From assembly GCA_949358305.1 (NCBI GenBank), contig OX442314.1:12090001-12154000 (forward strand): a stretch of DNA of 64,000 nt, read 5' to 3'. Origin of the DNA: Strigamia acuminata (Eukaryota). A program made the position numbers and the translations under genes. Below are positions 1 to 9,100 of this stretch, piece by piece. Below the pieces are notes generated by a model, which made no database searches, had not been told where the DNA came from, and worked only from the letters and a program-made list of their open reading frames with translations. Each line of letters opens with the position of its first letter. Positions within the stretch are counted from its first letter, which is position 1.

Positions 1-737
1 GAAATTTATCTTGCTGATTGAGCATATTCATCAGTGGGATTTTCATCTTGCCAAGCAGCCATTGTTTGGAGAGATCATCATTCTTGCCAAGCAGCCATTG
101 TTTGGATGAGAAATCCTCATTGGGAAATTTGTCCCAGTCAACATAAAGCGGAATTTGCCGCAACCACGGAGTCATCAAGGAAGAAGAGTCGGAATTGTGT
201 CCGAATCTGTTGCGAGTTTTGAGAGAGAAGAAACGGAATTGTGTCCGAGTTCAAGTCACCAAGAATTCGGAAATTTGTCCGGTTTAACCAGGAATGAACA
301 TCGTGAGTAAAGAGTGAAGTTTGGACGCCGTTTTGAGGTTTGGAGCGGGCATTGAGGTCCGAGAGCGAGTATCGAGGTCCGAGAGCGAGCGTCGAGTGAA
401 GAACGAGGTTCGAGAGCGAGCGTCGAGTGAAGAACGAAGTTCGAGAGCGAGCGACAAGCCATCGCCGCTATTTTGTATTATTTTCGCCATTTCACCTTCA
501 ATTATTATTACTTTTACCTTTAATTCCTATTATTTAATTGTATTTTACTATTAGTTTATTCAAGCCAAGAATAAATCTTTTTCCTTTATTTAAGAACTAA
601 TTAGTGATTATTTCTTCTTTGATTAGTCAGTTAAGATTTTAGAGTTGAGTTTTAGTAGAATTTTGATAAGTCCCGATGCGGCACCAATGAGAAAGAAATT
701 TCACTATTATTTTATAGTGAAATTTGAGCTCATTACA
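1..737 (+). repeat. 5' LTR (3' portion only)
   Basis: Direct repeat of 5753-6489, ending ...GAGCTCATTACA at 737. Confidence 0.93.
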
Positions 738-739
738 CT

Positions 740-753
740 TGGGGGCCTGGGCC
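740..753 (+). promoter_or_regulatory. Putative primer-binding site (tRNA-Pro-like, degenerate)
   Basis: TGGGGGCCTGGGCC lies 2 nt after the 5' LTR end. The first 7 nt match the canonical tRNA-Pro PBS TGGGGGCTCG..., then the match diverges. Confidence 0.55.
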
Positions 754-1000
754 TGAAAGATTTGAACCTTAACAACTTTTATTTAGTTGAAGGACCTAAT
801 TTGTTTGGAAAATTGTTTTGTGATAGGTTAATTAGATTGAGGAACTTCTATTTTTTGATTTGTAGTAAGAATAGGTGTGAATTTTTTTTTTTTTGGTTCT
901 CAAACAAAAAAGGGGGAAAATGGTTAACAGAGTTTAGAAGATATTTTTCTAAGTTAAACTATTTCTTTCTTCATTATCCTATCTACTAAAAATTAACATC

Positions 1001-4000
1001 ATGTCTGATCATCATAAGAAACAAGTACAAAGACCAACCATGGAAGTTCAACAATCATCATTGCGATTGAAAAGATATAGTTTGCCACCACATTTGGGAT
1101 TGTTACACCACACAGAAGATATGTCGTCTCCGATTGCCATTAAGAACACAGATGACAGAAAACATTCCAAGATTGTTCAACGGGATCAAGAAAATTTTTT
1201 CCAAGATTTTACAATCAAGATGGCTGACCACCAACTACAAGCCAGCCAGAGTAGAAGTGGTACATTAACAATCCATAAGACACGGCAATCAAGAGATAAA
1301 AATGAAATGCGTCATTCTTCTTCACCACAGAACTATCAAAGAAGATGCGATCAACGAGATCAGGATATACCAAAATACGACATTCGATATGATAACCGAA
1401 ATGATTCGGGACTTGATAGTCGAAGCGAAGTTAATCAAAGAAAAGAAGAACATGGTCCTTCTACGTCACGAGAACGTTCGCTCAAAGACGATTTCCGCCA
1501 ATACGAGGACTTCCAGTCGCGAAATGAGTCGCACTACCGTGACAAAGAGTGTCAACAAGAGGACTCACATTCGCGAAACGAGTCGCGTTATTGTTGCGAA
1601 TCACGTCAACGCGAAAATTCAGATCCGCGAAATGAGTCGCATTATCATGACGAAATTTGCCACAGAAGTGAATCACGTTTTAAGAACAACTCACGTCCAA
1701 ACGAGGACTCAAATCAGCGAAATGAGTCGCGCTATCAGGACGAAGCCCGCCAGAAAAGTGAATCACATTTCAAAGACAAAGCGTGTCAGCAAAACGAGTA
1801 TGGTTACTCTTATCGAAATGAGTCGTATAACTTTGGTTCACCAGCAAACGCAATAAAAGAACAAGAATTCGTCTTGAAACAAACGGATGAAAGTCTAGCA
1901 AAATCTCCCTCGAGTTCCCAGGAATCAGTGGATTTAACAATGCAAACAGTGCAATCACCAAAACAATGCGTACCACGTGCCACATGTCAAAAGTGTTTAT
2001 TGCTAAATCGCGCAAGATTCTCACCCAGTTGCAGGACCGACTTGACACAGTTGAAAAGAATAATTTCGCCAACACGTCTCAAGCTGCGAGAAGTACAAGA
2101 CCGGATGCTAGACATTACGCATGAAGCATGTTATTGCCACATAAATGAACCAATGTCCCACGAGGAATATGCTGCATGGATAGCTGCGGCGAATGATCGA
2201 GATCAGCGGAGGGAATGTTACAGATTAGAAGAGCAAAAACTACAGGAACAATTACTTGTGGAAGAGCGCAAGGAACGTGAAACCAAATTGGACAATAAAC
2301 TCGCGCAAATAAGAATGGAGCTTGAAATACGCGAAACACAAAATAAATTCGAAGCCAACAAAGTACAATCACGAAGACATTACGTATCGCGCACCACATC
2401 TCCAGTACGTTCATTATCTGAAAATGTAAAATCCATTCCACGAAGCAAAAGCGATCTCACGAAATTGTTGTTCGAAGAACCAATCAAAATAACCGAAGAA
2501 AGAGGTTGTTTAATAAAGGCGGATAAGAAGACTTCGACCAGAAAATCAGTTGACAGCACGGCATTATCAGCAGTACGCTCGCCAACCCGACTTAAATTAC
2601 AAGAAGTACGTCGCCGTTTACAGACCGAAACTAGAGACAGTCCTGCAGAGACGAAACGTCAATCCAGAGATGACCAGAAAATTTTAAGATATGGGACCAG
2701 TGCTGAGGTAACCACAAGGAAAAGACACAACTCACCAGTGGACTTAAGGTTTTCTGAAGTTGCCAAAAAATTGTCATTGCCAGTAGCAATGGATGCAGTC
2801 AAGAAGGCATTAAAAAGGTTATCTACATCTGGTGAAGAAACAGAAACAATGTCTGAATCGAGGAAAAGCTTAATTCTAGAAATGAAAACATTTTCGATTA
2901 ATTTTGCAAAAAAGACACCTTCTGAAAAAATGGAAAAGATTGACAGCTTTAATCAAGCACTCGTCGTAGAAGGGAAGACAATGGAATCATCATTGCATGT
3001 TGAAAACGAAAATTTTCCTAAAGCATCTCCACCAGCTCAGGAAGACGCAAAGAAGTCAAAACCAGATCCACAAGAGCTGCGGTACATGGCACATTCACGG
3101 TGTCCACCAGTTAGGAATACAGCAAGTGTCATGCATCAGTCGAAAGTTGAACAGTCAATTACGGATTCAACAGGAAATGCAGTAAAGCGAGGAAATGACG
3201 ATACAAAATATCGTAGAGATAATAACCAAACCTCAACACCTGCTCAGAAGAAAATGTTATTTGATGTCATGGACAAGCAGAACCTCCAACAACCAGATGA
3301 CATCAGAATGTCCACAGCAAACAGAGAACTTGGCCAAACACAAGTTGACACATGTATGGCAGGCTGGCCAAACGAAAATGATCGTCACCATCAAAGATCA
3401 ATCAATTTCGAAAATTTCAATGACCAAAAAACAGCCATAGATGGTAGACAACAAGAAGAAAAAAGTGTGCAAAGTGCAGAAGACACACGACATGCAGAAG
3501 ACACACAGGTTGTTGAAAATACAGGAATTACACAAAGTGCGTCCAAATCGAACAAAATGCAAGCTCACAAAAATGCGCAACCTCTACAGGATACACAAAA
3601 TTCTGATGATAAGAAGAACCAAGATGATGCACAGATTGCAGAAAAAATTATCGAATCGGACACAGAAAATTTGATTTTTGAAAACTTAGAAGAAAATCCA
3701 TTGCTTTTTCCAAAAAGTGTAGATTTTGAAACTGATGAACAAGTTCAACCATTTCCAAAAAAGGGGGGAAGAGTGATGGAAAAAGAGAAAAAGAATCAAA
3801 ATTCATCCAGGAATCCTAGAAAATCAGAAAATAAATGTCTGGTTCGAGAAACGAAAATTGTTCGAAAACAACTTCGAAAAGTGATCAAACGACTGACAGA
3901 TAATGTAATGTTACAAGATTCCACGTTTTCACCGAAATTATGTCGGCAGAATTCAGAGTGGCCCTCCAAATATTTCATCGTGGCTCTGAAGAACATACTG

Positions 4001-5293
4001 GAAAATATAACTTCTGAAGACCTACAGGAAGTAAAAATTTTGATCAAAAATTGTTATCAGCGACTGGATTTGGCAAATGAAACTCAAGACACCAAAGAAA
4101 AAGTGGAGAAGCTGCCAAAGAAAAGAATCCAAGCTAAACAGCAATTGATTCAATTAGAGGAAAGGTCTGAAGTTAAACTGGTAGAAACAATCCAAACATC
4201 TGGAGATACAAGGAGTGAACATGAAAATGAAAAACCTCTACAAACAGATGATTACAAGATGCTTTGCAGTAAACAGCATACAAATACAGGATTGAAAGGA
4301 CGACCAGAAAATCAAGATTGCCAAGTATTAACATCAATTGGTCAAATTGAAAAACAAGGTCCACGACCAACAGAAAAAGAAAACAGAATTTTGGAAAAAA
4401 CTTTGCAGAGAATTGACTTGAAGCAACACAACACTCAATCAATTGAGTTACCAAAATTTGCTGCCAGCTCAATCACAACTGAAAACATTTCAAAAATTAA
4501 TTTATTGGAAAAGCAACCAAATCAAATAATCCAAGTTGATCAACACTTCATGGAGTCCAGTGAAGTTAAAACTGCAATGAAGCTTAGTTACGCAAGCTAC
4601 ACTGAATCAACTGACCTACAGAAACATATTGTCAGTGCAGTTGCAATTGGAAATAAGTCCAAGATTAATTTTTCAGATACTGTTAAAAAATCTGATTGTA
4701 GCAATTCAGACAGCAGAGCTACAGTGCCCACTACAGTTACAATTAAGAGTACATCTGAAGGAAAACAGCCAGTTGCAAGTTTTTTATTGGAGGAGTTCAG
4801 AATTCAACATGTAGATTTGCCAAACACTCAACCGGAAATCCAGAAGCAGTGGCTTGAAATTGAGAAGATTGCAGGGAATAAAATCACATTAATGGAAAGC
4901 AAAAAGCCATTGAATTTTGAAGCAACAAACGCATCAGCTGTGCAACAACAATTAGTGGCGACAACACCAGAAATGAATGTTAAAACTCAGAATGATCGAG
5001 CTGACTCAGGCAAAGTTTTGCAAGATGCCTGTTTCAGATCATTTGAACACACAACTGAAAATCAATTGCCTGTTCGAGCCAACTGGACCGGTCACTTGAA
5101 GGAAGCTGCCGGAAGAAGCGGATGGCAGGATTTCAGTCCTGGGAGCGGGACACCATCTGCAATTGCTGGACAGAATCAATCGGTTACGACAAGGAATGAT
5201 TCAACGAAATCCCAAGACAAACTGAAGTTTTCGGTCTCCGAATCTGAAATCCCCATCAAGGACTTCGCCTCGAGGATCGATGATGAGATTTAG
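1001..5293 (+). CDS. 1430-aa orphan protein inside the LTR element; hydrophilic and largely low-complexity, with RNES(R/H)Y repeats, a coiled-coil-like segment and a thrice-repeated SPxxL(K/R)(L/F)xEV motif
   Basis: Uninterrupted, intronless ORF filling the region between PBS and PPT. I see no CCHC knuckle, DTG/DSG protease, YxDD RT, integrase or TM segment. Confidence 0.8.
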   Translation: MSDHHKKQVQRPTMEVQQSSLRLKRYSLPPHLGLLHHTEDMSSPIAIKNTDDRKHSKIVQRDQENFFQDFTIKMADHQLQASQSRSGTLTIHKTRQSRDKNEMRHSSSPQNYQRRCDQRDQDIPKYDIRYDNRNDSGLDSRSEVNQRKEEHGPSTSRERSLKDDFRQYEDFQSRNESHYRDKECQQEDSHSRNESRYCCESRQRENSDPRNESHYHDEICHRSESRFKNNSRPNEDSNQRNESRYQDEARQKSESHFKDKACQQNEYGYSYRNESYNFGSPANAIKEQEFVLKQTDESLAKSPSSSQESVDLTMQTVQSPKQCVPRATCQKCLLLNRARFSPSCRTDLTQLKRIISPTRLKLREVQDRMLDITHEACYCHINEPMSHEEYAAWIAAANDRDQRRECYRLEEQKLQEQLLVEERKERETKLDNKLAQIRMELEIRETQNKFEANKVQSRRHYVSRTTSPVRSLSENVKSIPRSKSDLTKLLFEEPIKITEERGCLIKADKKTSTRKSVDSTALSAVRSPTRLKLQEVRRRLQTETRDSPAETKRQSRDDQKILRYGTSAEVTTRKRHNSPVDLRFSEVAKKLSLPVAMDAVKKALKRLSTSGEETETMSESRKSLILEMKTFSINFAKKTPSEKMEKIDSFNQALVVEGKTMESSLHVENENFPKASPPAQEDAKKSKPDPQELRYMAHSRCPPVRNTASVMHQSKVEQSITDSTGNAVKRGNDDTKYRRDNNQTSTPAQKKMLFDVMDKQNLQQPDDIRMSTANRELGQTQVDTCMAGWPNENDRHHQRSINFENFNDQKTAIDGRQQEEKSVQSAEDTRHAEDTQVVENTGITQSASKSNKMQAHKNAQPLQDTQNSDDKKNQDDAQIAEKIIESDTENLIFENLEENPLLFPKSVDFETDEQVQPFPKKGGRVMEKEKKNQNSSRNPRKSENKCLVRETKIVRKQLRKVIKRLTDNVMLQDSTFSPKLCRQNSEWPSKYFIVALKNILENITSEDLQEVKILIKNCYQRLDLANETQDTKEKVEKLPKKRIQAKQQLIQLEERSEVKLVETIQTSGDTRSEHENEKPLQTDDYKMLCSKQHTNTGLKGRPENQDCQVLTSIGQIEKQGPRPTEKENRILEKTLQRIDLKQHNTQSIELPKFAASSITTENISKINLLEKQPNQIIQVDQHFMESSEVKTAMKLSYASYTESTDLQKHIVSAVAIGNKSKINFSDTVKKSDCSNSDSRATVPTTVTIKSTSEGKQPVASFLLEEFRIQHVDLPNTQPEIQKQWLEIEKIAGNKITLMESKKPLNFEATNASAVQQQLVATTPEMNVKTQNDRADSGKVLQDACFRSFEHTTENQLPVRANWTGHLKEAAGRSGWQDFSPGSGTPSAIAGQNQSVTTRNDSTKSQDKLKFSVSESEIPIKDFASRIDDEI

Positions 5294-5315
5294 AGAAGTT
5301 AGGAACTAACTTCCT

Positions 5316-5329
5316 AAAAAGGGGGGAAG
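5316..5329 (+). promoter_or_regulatory. Polypurine tract (PPT)
   Basis: AAAAAGGGGGGAAG immediately precedes the TG start of the 3' LTR. Confidence 0.9.
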
Positions 5330-6489
5330 TGTAGTGACCCTAGTGGTCACTAGATGAAGAACAGAAATGTGTCTGGAAATATTTTATATATTTCATATTT
5401 TTATTTGAGTTTATTTTTTATGCCTGAACAGGAAGTCTGGCATAACTTGAAGACATGAGGGTGGTTGCCAGGGCAACCAGCCCATGAGCTTCCTGTAACA
5501 GGAAATGCTTCCTGCAGAGAATGAGAAAAAATCTTCAGTCTGAAATCAACTTTGAGAGCAACAAGTCACAAAATCTACCCTGGGAAAATACAATTCTTCA
5601 AGTGGATTTGGTGAAAGATTGCCTGAGTATTTAGACTCCTTCTTGCAAATTGCTAAAGCAGTTTTGAGATGTTCTTGAGTATTGAGACTCATTTCTTACA
5701 ATAACATAAAGTTATTGTGGGAGTTCTTGCTACTGTGTACATCCAGTAGTGGGAAATTTATCTTGCTGATTGAGCATATTCATCAGTGGGATTTTCATCT
5801 TGCCAAGCAGCCATTGTTTGGAGAGATCATCATTCTTGCCAAGCAGCCATTGTTTGGATGAGAAATCCTCATTGGGAAATTTGTCCCAGTCAACATAAAG
5901 CGGAATTTGCCGCAACCACGGAGTCATCAAGGAAGAAGAGTCGGAATTGTGTCCGAATCTGTTGCGAGTTTTGAGAGAGAAGAAACGGAATTGTGTCCGA
6001 GTTCAAGTCACCAAGAATTCGGAAATTTGTCCGGTTTAACCAGGAATGAACATCGTGAGTAAAGAGTGAAGTTTGGACGCCGTTTTGAGGTTTGGAGCGG
6101 GCATTGAGGTCCGAGAGCGAGTATCGAGGTCCGAGAGCGAGCGTCGAGTGAAGAACGAGGTTCGAGAGCGAGCGTCGAGTGAAGAACGAAGTTCGAGAGC
6201 GAGCGACAAGCCATCGCCGCTATTTTGTATTATTTTCGCCATTTCACCTTCAATTATTATTACTTTTACCTTTAATTCCTATTATTTAATTGTATTTTAC
6301 TATTAGTTTATTCAAGCCAAGAATAAATCTTTTTCCTTTATTTAAGAACTAATTAGTGATTATTTCTTCTTTGATTAGTCAGTTAAGATTTTAGAGTTGA
6401 GTTTTAGTAGAATTTTGATAAGTCCCGATGCGGCACCAATGAGAAAGAAATTTCACTATTATTTTATAGTGAAATTTGAGCTCATTACA
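5330..6489 (+). repeat. Complete 3' LTR, 1160 bp
   Basis: TG...CA termini with imperfect terminal inverted repeat (TGTAGTGA / TCATTACA). Internal tandem repeats: TCTTGCCAAGCAGCCATTGTTTGGA x2 and ~31-bp GAGAGCGAGCGTCGAGTGAAGAACGAGGTTC units. Confidence 0.93.
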
Positions 6490-7694
6490 GAGTGAGAGAG
6501 AGCTTAACGATATCAATAAGGTAAAACGAATGAGCTGACCCTGATTTACACTGAGCCTTCTCATTCACTCCCGACTTGATTTCGCGATATTACACTTGAT
6601 ATCTCCATTCAAAACGCCAAATCAAACGCAAAACCGAAATAAAAATAAAAAACAAAAATAAATTAACTTTGAAACTAAATCCGACATTTTTTTTTTTTTT
6701 TAAATTTAAAATCTGCTTGTGAGAGCGCTTAAATCTATTTACCGGCGTGTACATAACCTCGGATCACAAATGTTATTATCCACCATCGAACGTATTGGCC
6801 GTGCGAGCGAGTAAAAAAAAATTAAAAAGGTCAATTTTTCTGCTTTTGATCGCGAGGAAATGCAATCGCCATGAATGGCATTCTCATGAATGGACTCTCA
6901 ACCGCTCGCCACCACCCCACCCTTCCCCGCCCCTTTCCTCCCACATCTATCCACACACTCTTGCCCGCTCTCGGAACACACACATCCTTTACTCACTCGC
7001 TATCGTGGCCAGATGCATGTGTGCGCATCGATCGGCTCGATCAATCTGCCGGGGTTCTTTGCTCGTGCTGACTGAACGGCGGAAAGCGCGGCCATTCCAG
7101 CATCTCCTGCGTCGGATGGGCAGCCGCATTGCTAGGAAATAATTTTTTTTCCAACCTTTTCAACCTTTTTTCATGCTTCGTTGCTATTTCCTTTTAATGC
7201 AGCCATTTTATTGGCGAGAAAAAGCACTTAACGGTTTTTTTCTTTTTCTTTTTCTTTGAGCGTAACAAAAACTCCGCCCGCGCTGTGGTTTGTTGGGCCT
7301 TCCTGCATCGCAACGTGCACATATTTACGTTTTCTTTTCGTCTGCGTGACTCGCATTTCTCGACCGGTTAATTGATCGAGAAGGAAAAGCAAAATACAGA
7401 GGGAGATAAAACGTTGTTTTGAAAGTATTTTTGCTTTCGAGCAGTTGTTGTGCCGCTTCAAATTCGATCCGTCTGAGACAGACAATGGCAAGATGCTTGC
7501 TCGGGGCCGAGATGGTTTCAGGTAATGTCGGCTGCTGTTCCCATTCGGAAGAAGAGTAATTTATTACTCATGTCACGTATTTCGTCCACTCGCGGCGATT
7601 TCTGCACGCCATTTCTTTTAGCAATTTTTATACTTGCAAATGGAGTTTCTTCATGCAGTGCTTTTGCATTGTTTTTGACAGAATAAAGATCAAA

Positions 7695-9100
7695 TACCGG
7701 AAATGCGCTAATAGAGCGCGGGATGCTAATTGAACGCGATGTTCTTTACAAAATGTGTATAAATTGACCAAAACGAGTGAATTCAATACCTAAATTGACC
7801 AAAACGAGTGAATTCAATACCTAAATTGACCAAAACGAGTGAATTCAATACCTAAATTGACCAAAACGAGTGAATTCAATACCTAAATTGACCAAAACGA
7901 GTTAATTCAATATCTAAATTGGCCAAAACGACCAAATTCAATATCTAAATTGACCAAAACGACTAAACTAAACGTCTAAATTGACCAAAACGATTAAACT
8001 AAACGTTTAAATTGACCAAAACGACTAAACTGAACGTCTAAATTGACCAAAACGACTAAACTGAACGTCTAAATTGACCAAAACGACTAAACTAAACGTC
8101 TAAATTGACCAAAACGACTAAACTGAACGTCTAAATTGACCAAAACGACTAAACTGAACGTCTAAATTGACCAAAACGACTAAAATAAACGTCTAAATTG
8201 ATAAAAATGAATTGCAAAACCTGTTTAGAATCATTTAAAAAAAGTCTGCTCTTCTTTGCATCATTTATTATTTATTATTATTTATTATTAAATATTTTTT
8301 TCTACAAAAATTCAAATATATATATATAAATATTGAAAAAGAATAAATGTTTACAAAACGCTCCAATTATATACACTTTATATATAATTTTAATTACAGT
8401 AGTTGTTTATTTTAATTCGCAGTCATAAATATTCTAATTTCATGTTAAATTCCCAAGAGACTCGGCTTATAAGTGTTGATAGGGATCATTAAAATTCAGC
8501 AAGGTCCTTATTCTAATAAGAACGAACTGTAATCGACACGAAAACTTGTCGCACGTTAAAAACATAAAAGAAGTTTGCACCAACTAAAGTGCAGAGTGGC
8601 TAAGTGTTGTTGCCCATCCCACGAGACAATACTTAGGAATTATATGGCCAAGAGATAAGAGAATTTTTTACAAACTTATACATTTGTATCCCATATGTAC
8701 CGTAAATGCTCTGATGATAGAATGCTCGCGCTCTGATGATAGAACTTAGACTTAGATATTGAATTCAATAGGTTTGGTCTATTTAGACATTTATTTTAGT
8801 CGTTTTGTTTAATAGAAACGTTTATTTTAGTCGTTTTGTTCAATTTAGACGTTTATTTTAGTCGTTTTGTTCAATTTAGACGTTTGTTTTAGTCGTTTTG
8901 TTCAATTTAGACGTTTATTTTAGTCGTTTTGTTCAATTTAGACGTTTGTTTTAGTCGTTTTGGTCAATTTAGACGTTTATTTTAGTCGTTTTGGTCAATT
9001 TAGACGTTTATTTTAGTCGTTTTGGTCAATTTAGACTGTACATTGTAAAGGATATCACGTCCAATGAGCATCTCGCGCTTTACGACAGCATTTTAGAGTA
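7695..9100. mobile_element. Foldback-like non-autonomous DNA element with long modular inverted repeats
   Basis: 7695-7765 is an imperfect reverse complement of 9030-9100. Inside these, an array of 31-bp units (AAATTGACCAAAACGACTAAACTGAACGTCT, ~7760-8205) is mirrored in inverted orientation at ~8775-9035. The outer ends read TAC...GTA. Confidence 0.75.

Larger units (their letters stand above)
1..6489 (+). mobile_element. LTR retroelement (5' end outside the window), apparently non-autonomous, with a single long ORF
   Basis: Bases 1-737 recur at 5753-6489 (offset 5752, identical ORF-track translations). The 3' LTR starts TGTAGTGA at 5330 right after a polypurine tract and ends TCATTACA at 6489. 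A PBS-like TGGGGGC follows the 5' LTR. Confidence 0.93.

Noticed and set aside
34..554. Short ORFs duplicated at 5786-6306
   Set aside because: They lie inside the LTRs and derive from LTR tandem repeats; there is no evidence of coding function.
1302..4814. Alternative-frame and antisense ORFs overlapping the 1430-aa ORF
   Set aside because: Short shadows of the main frame with no gag/pol motifs, so they do not supply a frameshifted pol.
7760..8205. 31-bp repeat array as a possible CRISPR
   Set aside because: The units are head-to-tail with no unique spacers, the context is eukaryotic, and there are no cas genes.
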